DNA from: Lytechinus pictus
Taxonomy: Eukaryota
Assembly (NCBI RefSeq): GCF_037042905.1
Contig: NC_087250.1
Location: 27,716,001 to 27,780,000 of the forward strand
Length of the DNA: 64,000 nucleotides
Direction of reading: 5' to 3'
Shown here: in pieces, positions 1-13,626 of the stretch
Numbering within the stretch: position 1 is the stretch's first letter
Layout: each line of letters begins with the position of its first letter
Position numbers and translations under genes: made by a program
Notes under the pieces: generated by a model
What the model was told of the DNA's origin: nothing
What the model saw: the letters and a program-made list of their open reading frames with translations, nothing else
The model's database searches: none

Positions 1-655
1 GTTATTGTGCAGGAATGTTGACAGTGGTAATTACGAAAGAAACGACATAGCAAGAATGAACGATCTGAAAACAGATATTGAAAAATGGTATGCACATAGA
101 TGTAGGGGCGCATTTGTAAGATCTCGCGAACGGTGGATGGAATCTGGCGAAAGATCTAACAAGTATTTTCTCAATTTAGAAAAGAAAAATGGAAAACAAA
201 AAGAGATTGACTGTATAAATAAAAATGGAAAAATTGTTACTGGTAATGGAAACGTTCTTAAAGAAATAACAAAATATTACAAAGACTTATACTAAAAAAA
301 GTCTTTAAGTGTACATTCCAAAATAAAAAAGTACCTAAAAAATACAAATTTAACTACTCTTTCTGAGGATGATGCACTGGCTTGTGAATGCTTAATAACA
401 GAAAAGGAATGTTTTGAAGCGTTAAAAACAATGAGAAATAACAAATCTCCCGGCAGTGATGGACTAACTGCTGAATTCTATCGGTGCTTCTGGGATGATT
501 TAAAGTATATGTTGATCGATAGTTTGAAAGTCAAGAGTTGCCTGAAAGCCAGAACAGGCTGTCATTACATTGTTGCATAAAAAAGGTGACAAGAGAGTAA
601 TAGACAACTGGAGACCAATTTCATTGTTGAACATTGACTACAAGATCCTTGCAAA

Positions 656-2620
656 GGGTGATTGCATACGTGTCGTACGGGACATTTAGAGAACATTTGA
701 CAGTTTTTTGACAAGAAAAACAAAAAATATTCCAGTAACTAAAGGTGATCATCAAGTACTACCAGAGTGTTAGAAAAACCAAGACTTAACATGACTTGAA
801 TTCACATCCTGTATAATACAGATTTAAAGTAGTAATGTGTCGTACGGACGCAGAAAAGGTGGCTTTTTTAGAAACCTCAAGTTTGTACTCTAAAGTCTGT
901 GAGTTGGACAGATAATTTTCATAGAAACTGAACTAAAATTGATATTCAATTACCCAAGAACAAACACATCTATGAAAGAAAGCAAAATAATCCTTCATGA
1001 ATAAATAAAGCAAATTGCAATTTTCGAGAACATTGTGGGGTACGGGACACTCAAAATGTTACGGGACATTTCTAAATTGAAGCCAAACTTTCTTACTTTA
1101 TGTCTCTTTGACTTCTTCAATCACTTTTTTTGGCTGATGATAATGATAATCCTATCAAACTAAAGACATTCATTATGTTAGAAACCGCTATTGGCTGAAT
1201 ATTTCTTTCAATTATCATAAACAAAAAAATGTGTCGTACGGGACACTTGTGTGTCGTACAGGACACTTCTGTGTCGTACGGGACACTTCTGTGTCGTACG
1301 GGACACTTGTGTGTTGTACAGGCACTTGCGTGTTGTACTCGGCAGCCTGAATAAAACAATGATCTTTTTATTAATCAGAAGGGGAGCATTGCCCCTAAAT
1401 TCTTCGTTTTTAATGAAAAGTCTTTTAATAAGTAGTCATTCAGGACAATATAATTAAGTAACCTCAATATATACAATCGGGAGCAATATGTTATCATTTT
1501 TTTCATGATGGGAAATGTACAAGGGTTCACAGCATTTTTACGAGCTGAAAAACTTGAGGTTTTGTGTGAAGTTATATTTAGTGAATTAATTGATGATTTC
1601 CAATACACTATTTAAACAATGAATGAATGAAACTCTTTGTGTAAATTATGGGGCTAAAATGTTATAATTTTTCATATAAAATGTATATACACTAGCGTAC
1701 CTACGGGGGGGGGGGGCACTCTGCCCCCCCTGACGAGCCACAACCCATACAAAAGACATATACCTGCCCCCCCCCTGACGAGCTTGAAGACATTTATAGG
1801 GTGAATCAATTTTAAAGGTTTTCTTTTAATGCTCAATGACATATAAATTAACCTGCTCTGACCAGTGAAAATCACCAGTTTAATTGGAGGGATTCACAAA
1901 AGAATACGCCTACATGAAATCAATTAAAATGGTTAGAATCACCTATTTCATGTTCTATGGAGATAAAAAAGTACTTTTCAGTTCACTTTACGTCAAATCA
2001 ATTACTTGAATTAAAATAGGTCTACTATTTATAGTTTCTGAATCCAAATCATGTAATTAAATGTAGTATATATTGTGTGTCGTACGGGACAACTATTAAT
2101 AGGACGATTATTGACAAATGAAGAACAGTAATTAGATCCTTATGGGATAAATCGATCACCCATGGGTCAAAGATAGAGAAACTGATTTGGTGAAATTGCA
2201 TCATCAAAAATAAAATTGTAAGAAAAACTTTTGCACTTTCATGTGTCGTACGGGACATTGCCAAAAATAGGTTCGGAAAAATCAGGGCTGCCGCTATTAT
2301 GGAACATGAAAATGCTGTAGATATTATTTGGAACATTCAATGATACATTATTCCATTGACCTGCAATATTTTCAGTCTTCTCGTGCTTTGCCAATAGTTG
2401 TTTCAGGCAGTGTTTGTACTTGACTATTTAATCAGCAAAATTATTGAAAATTGAAAATTCCATTTTCCCCCTAAAAAAACTATATCTGACTTCACTTTTG
2501 GTTAAAATTCATTATTTTCATAAAATTTTGGTATCATAGTAAAATATTACACTAATTATGACTTTATTGAAAGCATGTTGAAATTTATGATATTTTTGAA
2601 GTTTTAGTGTGGAATCGCCC
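656..2620. mobile_element. Non-autonomous DNA transposon, PIF/Harbinger-like (GGG termini, 3-bp TSD)
   Basis: Imperfect TIR GGGTGATTGCATAC / GTGTGGAATCGCCC with AAA TSD (653-655, 2621-2623). Removing it restores the LINE frame KILA-KALCKRL. GTGTCGTACGGGACAC motif recurs internally. Confidence 0.8.
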
Positions 2621-3899
2621 AAAAGCACTTTGTAAAAGATTGTATACTGTGTTAGAAAACATAGTCTCCGCAGATCAGACTGGTTATTCAAAACAACGTT
2701 CCTCTGTACAAAACATCCGCCTTGTTTTAAATACTATTGAATATTGTCACTACAAGAACTCCCCAGGGATTCTAATTTTTCTAGACTTAAAAAAGGCATT
2801 CGATAACATTAGTCACGAATTCCTTTTTATGTTACTAGATAGACTGAGGTTTAAAGAAACATTTAAAGTTTGGGCTAAAACTCTTTTTAACAATGCGATA
2901 GGGAAGGTAATTAATAATGGTTGGGTCTCCCAAGAATTCAAAATAGAGCAAGGTGTGAGGCAGGGTTGCGCTTTATCAGGTCTCCTCTTTATACTGGTCA
3001 CCGAAGTCATGGCAGTGAGAATAAAGCAAAATGCTTACATTAATGGAATTCGAATTCCCTCAGAAAATCCAGTCATGCCAGTTGGTATTGTTCAAGAAAA
3101 TGTCGTTATGTCACAATCAGACAATTGGCAGACGACGCTGTTATTTTTGTAAACTCTATAGAGTCGGGAAATTTGGCTTTGAAAGAAGTTGAAACGTTTG
3201 GTCTTTTAGCATGCCCAAAACTAAACTTAATGAAAACAAATGCTATGTCTACCTCTTTTCAAGAAAAGGAACTGGACAATTTAGCATGGACAAACCAGCC
3301 CATAAAATACCTCGGTGTATACATTTCCGCCAAACAAAAAGAATGTGAAAGTTTAAATTGGGATTTTAAAATTGAGAAGGTGAGATCTCTTTTGAGGGTA
3401 TGGAAAATGAGAAACCTGATATATTATGGAAAGATAACAATTATAAAAACACTTATTGTTTCTCAATTTGTATACATTGGGACATGTTTACCAATTCCAA
3501 AGAATACTATGACTAAACTTAACAAATTAATTTACAGTTTTCTTTGGGGTTCCAAAAAAGAAAAAGTCAAGAGAGCGGTTGTTACTCGCTCTCCAGCAAA
3601 TTGGGGGTTTAGATATGGTAAACCTAAGAACCAAATTTTAATCATTACAATTATCTTGGTTCACAAAATACCTTAAAGGTGACAAGTCACAATGGAGACT
3701 ATTTTTTTTATTCTGGATAAACCTTATCAGAGATGTATCGGAGGTTTTGAGAATGAACTGTTCGAGTAAAAATATGCCTTTTTTATGTACGAAGTTCAAA
3801 TTACCAGAGTTTTATGTCAACCTACTTATGTACTGGAGTGAACTGAGATACGTTCATTTTAATAACGTTAAAGACGTGTTCGATCAAGTATTATGGTAC

Positions 3900-4452
3900 C
3901 GCATACATTCGTAATTCCGAAGCTTCGTTATTCCGAAGGTTCGGATATTCCGAAGGTTCGTTATTCCGAAGGTTCGTATTTCCGAAGGTTCTTAATTCCG
4001 AAGGTTCGTTAGTCTGAATACGAAATTAGGTTCGTAATTCCGAAGGTTCGTTAGTCCGAAAACGAAGTGAGGTTCGTACTTCCGAAGGTTCGTTAATCCG
4101 AAAAAGAAATGAGGTTCGTAATTCCGAAGGTTCGTTAGTCCGAAAACTAAACCTTATTTCGTTTTCGGACTAACGAAACTTCGGAACAACGAACCTTATT
4201 TCGTTTTCGGATTAATGAACCTTCGGAACAACGAACCTTATTTCGTTTTCGGATTATCGAACCTTCGGAATAACGAACCTTCGGAATAACGCCCCAAATG
4301 TTCGGATTAACGAACCCTTTTACGTTTTCGGATTAACGAACATCGAGGTATAGGTAGTTTGCGTGTTTCGGAATTACGAACCTTCGGAATAAAGAACCTT
4401 TGGAATTACGAACCTTCGGAATTACGAACCTTCGGAATTACGAAGTGTAACC
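3900..4452. mobile_element. Foldback MITE of ~16-bp TTCCGAAGGTTCG subrepeats in inverted halves, 9-bp TSD
   Basis: TTATGGTAC at 3891-3899 and 4453-4461. Left half repeats TTCCGAAGGTTCG, right half CGAACCTTCGGAA. Removing it restores LINE DQVLWYNSNIK. Confidence 0.85.
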
Positions 4453-6288
4453 TTATGGTACAATAGCAATATTAAACACGGAAATGACCTCTTATATTTT
4501 AAAGAGTGGAAAGCTAACGGGATTGAAAAAGTCAGTGACCTTTTTGAAAATGGGCAGTGGATATCGTGTGACTCCTTACAAAGACGATTGGGCACAAATT
4601 CATTGTTAATACATTTCAAATTTTCTAAATTGAAAAAGGCATTTCCAAAAGTATGGGTGAGTGAAACAAGAAATACAGTTTACACCAAAGATGAAACAGA
4701 AAATGAACCAGAAATGTTTGAAATATCATCTGGTGATTTCATTAAAGTTTGTTGCATGAAAGCAAAACATTTTTATTTATTACTAAATGAATCAGAACAA
4801 GAGAATCCCTCTGTTTCAGGGTGGTGGGAGGAAATTTGTCAACTACCAGTAGATTATGAATGGAAGCACGTATTAGATTTTAAGTTGAAACATATCAGAG
4901 ATAATAAAGTGAGACAATTTAATTTCAAATTATTGCACAATATTTTGCCCTTTTAGAAAAAAATCTTTTTAAATGGAAGATCTCGTCAAACATTATTTGC
5001 TCATTTTGTAACGAACCTAAATCATCTATTTACGTTTTGTTAAAATGTCACCAAGTCACTGATTTTTGGAAAAAGGTTCACATTTTAATACTAGATTGGT
5101 TTCAAAAAGACATTTATTTAGAAGAAAAGAATATTGTAATTGGTTTTAAAATCAGTGAGTCTAAATTTAATTTGATTAACCTATTATTAATTTATGCACA
5201 ATATGCAGTGTACAAAGTATATATGTTAAATTACTTCAAGAATAAATTGTTCAATAGTCAATCAATTTTGGATGGTATTTAAAAATGATTTCAGGAATTA
5301 TGCTCAGTGGAAATAGAAAAATAAGAAAGATGTTTCAGAAGAACTTCAAAAGTTTCTGTTTTAGATACTCTTACCATTTCTGCATTTGTATTTACTCTTT
5401 TTTTCTATACATGTTGATTAATTTTGTATACATGTGATTATATTGTTATTTGATTTGATTTTATGAAATAAAGTACCTCAGAAGAGGAAAAGAAAAAAAA
5501 ATATATGTGGATTTATTTCCTTCATGAAAATATGATTAGAATTAGTGGTCTTCAAATGCCGTGTTTTATGTGACTAGGAAATGAAAAAATTCAACACGCT
5601 TTTAAAGCACTTTTCTTGCTCGGCGGGGATGGACGAGGCGCATTTTTTTCTGTCTAAAAAGGCGCCAAAATCAGGTCAGGTTTTGGCCCCTCCCTACGAA
5701 ATCCCTGATCTTATTATCATTATTCTATACATGAGGAATTTCGTATAACATTTTTTTACAATGAAAAGAGCCTTTAGTCTTCTTCTCTTCGAACATTTAA
5801 ATTTCGCTGTAAAGTATGCTCACTGCATATACTAAATTTTGGCCCTAAACATACAAGACATCTTTTTGACATTGTTTGTCGTTTTCTCTACGCACTATCA
5901 TAATTTATTTCCAAAATTCTTTGCAATTTGAGCAATGATCCACGTTTATCATGAGCTAAAAATAAAAACCATACCTCCTAATTTGTGTATACACTGCACC
6001 TTTTCGTGTATCCGTGTTTAATAATACATTATACAAGGATCTTAATTCAACTAAAGAGAAAAAAAAAGTATTAAATTAAGCGTTGTTTTATCGGTTCACA
6101 AAACAACGCAAGAAAAATTAAGATTAAATCTGAGAACACTTTCACTGTAAAGGTTTCTGAGAAAGCGAGAGAATGTTTAATATACCCTCGTAATTTTTTG
6201 TTCAAATGTTTCTTGAGTTAATTTTAACTTTTCTTGCGTTTTTTGTTTTGTTTTTTAGGTAGGCTACTGTCCCCATTTTCTCTTCGTC

Positions 6289-7947
6289 ATGGCGTCTAAG
6301 TTCCCAACAAAGAAGGGTGGAGAGGTAGAGCTTCGTACAAGGAAAGGTCATGACATGACCTGGTCATGTGACAAGCATGGTGAGCCAATCAAATTTTACT
6401 GTAAGAAACACAAAATTCCCATATGTCATCCATGCGCCACCAAAAATCACAGCCAGAAACCATGTGAGCTAGACGACATCGAGGATGTTATCTTCGAAAG
6501 GAGAAGACAGCTAGATGAAAAACGGCCAAAAATACAGGAACTTCAGAAACAAATGGAAGCCCTCAAAGCGAAAATAAAGACTACATCAACGTCTGGAAGT
6601 ACTCATCTTCGGAAAATTGACAACAACATTCAAGCTTCATATTACGACAAGATCGAATCTGTTGGAGAAAAGGAGAACAGGATGATTAGGGTTATTAACG
6701 AGGAGGCAGATGAGGAAATAAGACTAGTAAATGAGAAGAGAGAAAAACGGATCAAAGACTGCAACACTGAGAGAGAAAAGGAGCGACAAATCATCAGAGA
6801 CCAAAAAGCAAAACTTTTATCAGATGCAAAGAAAATCATCGAAGTTGTTTCTAAGAAGATCAAAGATCTTGCTAATAAGAATCAGCATGTAATAAACACT
6901 GTAGAGAACATTGAATCAACCATCAAACGTATAAACCAACATGATGAAACATTGGTGAATGAAGCTCCTCAAGTACTTGCATCTATTGATGAAAATTTAA
7001 GTTTTAATGTTCATCAAGATGTTAGCGATTGTCTTGACCGAATACAGAATGAAGTTGAGAGAGTGAAATTTGTAGAGGGGGAAGTAGGTGGAGAATACTA
7101 TGGTAAAATTGATGGGTATATCGGTAAATGGGAAATTGTCAAGTCAATTCACATTCCATCGGTTGTTAATTACCTGTGGGTGCGTGGTTTAGTCAGTGAT
7201 GATGAGATATGTGTGCGAGACACAGATAACAATGACATGTATATTACAAACATCAACACTCAACACACAGAGAAAGTCATTGATGGAGGTGTGTTGATTA
7301 CATCATATGCGCCCATAGACAGTAACGTAATAGCATGTGGTAAGAGGAGAGGATATTGCACGGGTGACAGGTTGAATGGATGCATCACTCTCTATGACAG
7401 ACAATGGAAGGTGATTAGAGACATCAGCATACCAAGGAATGGATACGGTAGTCGTGTGTATGTTGATGTTGACAAGGATGGGATGATCATCGCTGCTCAG
7501 TACAATCAGTCTAATATCTACGTCATCAATCCTGCTGATGATAAGATAGTAAACACTATTACGATGCAGGGTAAGACGGTGATGGGTGACATACAAGCCT
7601 TGTCATCAGGTGATATCGTTGTGGAGACAGGTTATAATGAATACACTGTCATCTCACGATCAGGAGAAGAGAAGGCTGTCATACACTGTGATGAGTGGCT
7701 ATCGTCACGGTGTCGCGTTGACAAACTGACAGACACACTCTACATCGCGTACAGGGATAGAGCGCGTAAGACATACGCAGTTGATCAGGTGTCACGTGAT
7801 GGTATCATCCAGGCAAGGAGGATCGTGGAATACGTGAAATTAGGTCGCCTTCACTATTTCAGCCCTTGTCTTGTTACTCCTTCTGGTAACCTCGTAGGGT
7901 GTGATGGAGACAAACTTCTTCTCTACAAGAAGACATTAATCTTGTAA
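6289..7947 (+). CDS. B-box zinc finger / coiled-coil / C-terminal beta-propeller (TRIM/NHL-like) protein, no RING, single coding exon
   Basis: 552-aa open ORF with B-box2-like CDKH..FYCKKHKIPICHPCATKNH, a long charged coiled coil, and beta-rich repeats (VDVDKDGMIIAA, IQALSSGDIVV, CRVDKLTDTLYIA). Polypyrimidine/AG acceptor ends at 6258. AATAAA at ~8216. Confidence 0.85.
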   Translation: MASKFPTKKGGEVELRTRKGHDMTWSCDKHGEPIKFYCKKHKIPICHPCATKNHSQKPCELDDIEDVIFERRRQLDEKRPKIQELQKQMEALKAKIKTTSTSGSTHLRKIDNNIQASYYDKIESVGEKENRMIRVINEEADEEIRLVNEKREKRIKDCNTEREKERQIIRDQKAKLLSDAKKIIEVVSKKIKDLANKNQHVINTVENIESTIKRINQHDETLVNEAPQVLASIDENLSFNVHQDVSDCLDRIQNEVERVKFVEGEVGGEYYGKIDGYIGKWEIVKSIHIPSVVNYLWVRGLVSDDEICVRDTDNNDMYITNINTQHTEKVIDGGVLITSYAPIDSNVIACGKRRGYCTGDRLNGCITLYDRQWKVIRDISIPRNGYGSRVYVDVDKDGMIIAAQYNQSNIYVINPADDKIVNTITMQGKTVMGDIQALSSGDIVVETGYNEYTVISRSGEEKAVIHCDEWLSSRCRVDKLTDTLYIAYRDRARKTYAVDQVSRDGIIQARRIVEYVKLGRLHYFSPCLVTPSGNLVGCDGDKLLLYKKTLIL

Positions 7948-10429
7948 ATAATCTAGACTATCAAAGGAATCATATCGGATTTGTAAGAGAAATATAGACC
8001 AGAGATTTGTTTTCACTTTTACTTCCATTTCAATTTACGTCCTTCTATCTCTATATGTACGTGACTACATTCATATACACATGGCCATGGTGTGTATAAT
8101 GTCGTATCAATCCATATCAAATAGAAAACTGTCGCTAATGTCCACTCCGTCTAGATTTAGGTCTGTAATGAATGCACTCAGATCCAAATGAATAGTTTAC
8201 TCGAAACCTGAACAAAATAAATGCAAAATGTGTTAACGAATTGCCTACTTGAACCAGATGGTTATTGTAGAAAGTCTTTTAGAATGGCTGAATTCAGTAT
8301 TGAACGTGTTAATAACTTATTTCTGTGAAGTGAACCCGATCATTTACCAAACGACATTTCGTTCAATTTCATTCGATGTTATTCTCCTAATAGTGATCGG
8401 GTTATTCCTCGATTAAAATTGCTCTCAGCTTTTAAGGTATTTGATTCGAATCAATTCATCAGGACCCCATTTCATAAAAATGTTGACTATGATAGCAACT
8501 CATGCTAAAATGTCAATTACCATGACAACAATAACGATTCTGGTTCCTGATTGGCTGATCCAATGAAATTTGATATTCAAACTGGAGTTGTTATCATAGC
8601 CAGGTTTTATGAAATGGTACCCTGGTTGATTTCATTGTTTTTTTAGTCTGTGGTAAAAAAAATAAAAAAAAGAACGGGAAGGGGTCAAAACTGTATAAAA
8701 TTTAAGTTTCGTAATGTACACAATCCCCCCTCATGAAGTTAGATTAAAATAAGATAAAATCTCGTAAATAATGGTGTTTAATAGGGTTCTTGTTTAGTCT
8801 ACATTCATATGTCAATATAAAGGGAAAGGGATAATGTTTCCCGTATAATTCTTTTTTTCGCCAATTAAATATTCTCTAGTCATGTATAACAAAATAGGTG
8901 AGATTTTTCTCAAAAATATTTAGCACACGGTATATTCATCATATTCCTGAAAGTATTGCATCATATTGCTTATTTCAATCAGTGCATTTTTCTTCGCTTG
9001 TACAACTTTTACTTTATCCTCATATCGCTTAATATTTTCAACATAGATTACTGATTAATTGTTTCCCTACACGAATAATATCATCTTACACATTGGCTAC
9101 CTGACTATCAAATCTTAAGTAACAATAATATGGAAGTGAAACATTTAAAAAAAAAAGTTATTTGTGTCGACGTTCTGTAATGATGTATTCGCACCTACTA
9201 CGTTCAGTTATGTTTATCAACATGAAATTATGTCAAATTAATTTCATTATAAAGATCATATGTCAATAAAAAAACACATGGTAGGCTAGCGTACCATGCT
9301 GTAAATAAATAAAACAGGAATCTATTTTTGTTTAACAGACAGAATTAGATAATTTGTCAAATATCTGCCCATAATGTAGCTTTTGTTCGTGGTTTCATGT
9401 TAATATAATATTTAACTCGATTCAATCCATTTGTTTATTTCGTTTCTATTTTAAATTGTGTTTAGTGTGTAAACTGGAAGTCTATTCCAGAGGCATTAGC
9501 TAAAGTGAATATTCTTAAGATGAAAATGGTTGTATTCTTCTGATCATAATTGATTCACATTGGTGTTATTCTTATACATCCACCCCCCCCCCATCTCTCT
9601 TTTAGCCCCTAAATTACCCCCTTGTACTGTGTAATACGACACGGATATCCATGTTGCTGCAATAAGTTGTATATAAATCATTATTGTCTAGGGTGTGTTG
9701 TTTTAAGGTAGGAGTATATCATTTTTCAAAAGAAAAAAATCCAACCGAATTTATTCTTACAATAATCACCTTTGTACAGGTTAAGTTTAGCTAGGGTTTA
9801 TGCTTTATTTCAACTATAAATTCAATTGCCCGTTATTGTCTATATAAAGTATAGGTTATTGAAAGTTCGTTCCTAAAAATGGAACGGGATATAGTGCTAT
9901 ATGTCTACATTTTCATCCGGTGATATGTCAGATCTAACGATTTTTCTTGTTTTTGATTGGCTGAGAAGCGCTGTTACTATGGGTAATGTCAAATGAAACG
10001 CTTGACAATCCAAACTTTTTTTTTTATTTGCTCAATATTTGTTGTTTGATCTTATACAGCTAATTACAATTTTCTTCATAAAACTAAGAAAACTAATGTA
10101 CATAATGAACATTTATATTATGATATAACATGTATAATGTGATGATTTTAGTATCTATTATTTCAAGTGTATATTGCAAGACGAGTAGAAACTATACTTT
10201 TTGTTTTTAAAATAATATATTATCATTATACTTTGTTGTGAATTACTAACACTATTGAATAGAAAAAAAAAACAACGTTTGTTGATGTATAGACTTAAAT
10301 CGAGACGAAATTATTCTTACCTACTTGAGAGCTGAAAATAGTCAAGTGAAAATAGTTCGGAAATATCTTTCTTTACTGTGAGTTAATGTATTTAGTAAAT
10401 TTCGAAAAAAAAATTGCCAATGCAATATA

Positions 10430-11869
10430 TAGTGCGTCCCACAAAAAACGAAACCGAGATTTATCGATGATTTATCATAACTTAATCACAAATAAAATAG
10501 ACAAATGACCTAACATTGTAAAGCTTGGAATTTCCTCTTTCATCTGCAATTACTTAAATAATTTTTTATCCACGCATGAGTGAGTAAAAACAAATTTGAA
10601 GAGGGGATACCAAAAAGTCATTTGGCGGGCTGTATCTGGGTTAAAAAAAACACGCATTTTGAAAAATTTCAATATCTGCTCTTTAAAGGAGAATGAAACC
10701 CTTGAAACCAGCTGAATCCATATCAAAGATAAAAATCAAAGAAACATATTGTTGAAAGTTTGAGGAAGATTGAATGAATAATAAGAAAGTTTGAGGAAGA
10801 TTGAATGAATAATAAGAAAGTTATGAGCATTCGAATATTGAGATCACTAGTGCCATGTAGATCCTCCCAACGGCAATGTGACCAAGATATGTGATATCAC
10901 ACACGTACAACTCCCTCATTACTTTAGTACTTATTTCACTTATATTCTCACTTTTATAGAGTCTCTATCACAAGTTGAGGTGTTCTCTTTATGAGATGAC
11001 AAGTACAGAGGTTTCACATTATATAATTGATGAATCGTTTGTCATATGATTAGAATGAGCAAAAAGAGATGTTTTGGGGTATATTTTCGGTGTCCAAATG
11101 GGAGAGTTGTACGTGTGTGACATCACAGATCTTGGTCGCATTGCCAATAGGAGGATCTCCATAGCATTAGTGATCTCGACATTCAAATGCTCATAACTCT
11201 TTTATTGCTAGTCCTATTTTACTCAAAGTTTTGTTGATCTTATTCTTTGATTTTTCTGCTTTCACAAAAGCTAACTTGCTCCAAGAGTTTCATTCTCCTT
11301 TAAATTGATACCTCAATTACAGAAAATGGTCAAGAAATAACACAGTTCTGGTTATTTGAAATAAGGTTTGAATTTCAATAATTTCATAAAATAAAGAGGT
11401 TTTACAGGCTAGCCGCAGCGTTCAAACTCACTCGACACTCCGTTTTGTTGACTATCAGCCATGCATTAAGTCTTTTGTTAACTGTGCGATAGCTTCTGTG
11501 GGAAACCGGTGAAAACACGTTTATTTAATGAAATTATGGAAATACAAGCATTGTTTCGAGGGAACAGAACCTTTTTACTTCTTGACAATTTTTTAAGATT
11601 AAGGTATCAAATAAAAGAGCAGATATTGAACTTTTTAGGCATGTGATTTTCTTTTTGAAATTCAGATACCCCCGCCAAATGAGTTTTTGGTATCCTTTCT
11701 TCAAATTGTTTTTGCTCACTCATGCGTGAATGAGGAATGATCTAAGTAATATCAGATGAAAAAGGATATCCTAAGCTTTACATTGATAGGTCATTTGTCT
11801 ATTGTATTTATGATTAAGTTATGATAAATCATCGATAAATGTCGGTTTCGTTTTTTGTGGGACGCACTG
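10430..11869. mobile_element. Tc1/mariner-like MITE with long TIRs and TA TSD
   Basis: (T)AGTGCGTCCCACAAAAAACGAAACCG... / ...CGGTTTCGTTTTTTGTGGGACGCACTG, flanked by TA. Inverted similarity extends about 250 bp. Confidence 0.85.
10687..11299. mobile_element. Kolobok-like MITE (TTAA TSD, AG..CT termini) nested in the Tc1-like MITE
   Basis: TTAA|AGGAGAATGAAAC ... GTTTCATTCTCCT|TTAA. Related copies at 58483-59845 and, partially, ~52130-53064. Confidence 0.85.
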
Positions 11870-12869
11870 TATAGTGATATACAAATTACTGATCTAATTA
11901 TCAACCGATCGGAAGAAATATCTAAGATTTTAAATTGATCAAAAATACATGGTGTATTTTGAAGTTATTATCATAGTTATGAAGATGGTGTTTTTAATAC
12001 ACAAATAATCACGTACTATTATAATCAAGAAATTTTGTCAGCATAAATGAAAATAAATGTCAAACAAAATACCGACTTTACATGCTCAATTTATGATGTT
12101 TAATATATACAGCTGATTATAATTCGCTTCATAAAATTTGGGAAACTATTGTACATAACATGCATAATGAACATTATTATGATATAATGTATATCATGAT
12201 ATCTATTATTTTCAAGTGTATATTGAAGGATGAGTAGAAAGTATACGTTTGCTTTTGATATAATATATTTTCATTATACTTTGTTGTGAATTACTAACAT
12301 TGTTGAATAGGAAAAAAAGCCAATGCTTGTTGTTGTATAGACTTAAATCAAGACGAAATTAATCTTAAATACTTGAGAGCTGAAAATAGTCATGTGAAAA
12401 TAGTTAGGAAATATCTTTCTTTACTGTGGGTTAATGTATTTAGTTCATTTCGAGAAAGTTTTGCCAATACAATATATACATGATATAGTTGTACATAAAT
12501 TACTGATCAAAAGACCAATTATCAACCGATCTAACTATATCTTCACTATGGGTTATCTACTACATTTCGAGAAAAGCTTACCAATGCACAATCAGTTGTA
12601 TACACATTATTCATCTAAAAACCAAGTATCAACCGATTTGAATAAATGCTTAATATTTTTAAACTGATCGAAATCTTTGCAGTTTTTTTTTTGAGGTCAT
12701 TATCATGGTGATGGGGAGGGTGATTTTAATGCACAAACAATCATGTAATGTTATAATCAAATAATTTTGTCAGCATAAACGAAATTAAATGTAAAAAACC
12801 CCGACTCTATATGCAGTTCATATTTGTGATTTACAAATGATTTCATTGGATATGTAGGACTAATGGTAA

Positions 12870-13280
12870 CAGAAGAAGGGGGGGGGGGGGATGAGAAGAT
12901 AAAGGTAAAAGAGAGGGGGTGGCCAAATGGAGGGAAGTGAGAGATTTAAAACATGGAGAGACGAGGAAAGTAAAGATGGAAAAAAAGATGTATAAGTAAA
13001 TAAAAGGATAAAGAGACGCGGAAAGGAAAGGGATAGAAAAGATGAGAGAGAGAGAGAGAGAGGGGGGGGAGATAGAAGAAGGGGAGAGAAAAGAATGGAG
13101 AGACAGTGAGAATAAAGACTGAGAAAGAGCGAGAGAGAGAGAGAAGTGGAGGAGTGAGAATGAGAAATGGAGAGACAAGGTGAATACAGATGGAATAAGA
13201 GGGGGAGAGAGAAAGAGAAAAGAAGAAGAACTACCGAGAGACAAGGAATGATAGAGAGAGATGGGGGGAAGGGGACGGGG
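12870..13280. repeat. Purine-rich (GA) low-complexity tract
   Basis: GA/GGA-rich sequence; the overlapping ORFs are compositional artefacts. Confidence 0.8.
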
Positions 13281-13626
13281 TGAATTTGTAATTAAGTTTG
13301 TATTTGTATTTTCTTTTCTTAGGAAACAAAGAAACCTTACATTAGAAAGTGAAATACATCACAAACCATGTCAATCATAAAAAAAAATCATAACACAATT
13401 GAAGAAAGGATGAATTTGAACTCCGTATAGATAGATCTGGCTTGGTCGAAATTAAGTAAAAGAAAACATAACTGAGGGGCTTGCCAAGAACGAATGAATT
13501 TAAGAGATAACAAAACATCATAGAAAAGAGTGACAGAGAGAAAGAGGGGGGGGGGAACAATCCGAACGCTACTTTTTTGTTTCACTGGGAAATTTTGTAC
13601 GATTAAATAATATTAAATTATATTAA

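Larger units (their letters stand above)
1..5500 (+). mobile_element. Decayed Tx1/L1-clade non-LTR retrotransposon (ORF2 RT to C-terminal region, 3' UTR, A-rich tail), interrupted by two insertions
   Basis: ORF fragments read GAFVRSRERWMESGERSNKYF, KSPGSDGLTAEFY, NWRPISLLNIDYKIL, LDLKKAFD, GVRQGCALSGLLF, ADDAV, IKYLG, LWYNSNI and FNFKLLHNIL. Frameshifts and stops are present. AATAAA at ~5467 and an A-rich tail at ~5484-5500. Confidence 0.9.
10030..12820 (+). repeat. Diverged ~650-700 bp direct tandem duplication; the first copy is interrupted by the MITE at 10430-11869
   Basis: Blocks such as GAGTAGAAA.TATAC, TACTTGAGAGCTGAAAATAGTCA and AATTTTGTCAGCATAAA occur in 10030-10429 plus 11872-12100, and again in 12105-12820. 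Confidence 0.75.

Noticed and set aside
12843..13244. 133-aa S/L/F-rich ORF and similar ORFs at 22950-23659 and 40406-40765
   Set aside because: Translations of GA-rich or (GAAA)n low-complexity DNA.
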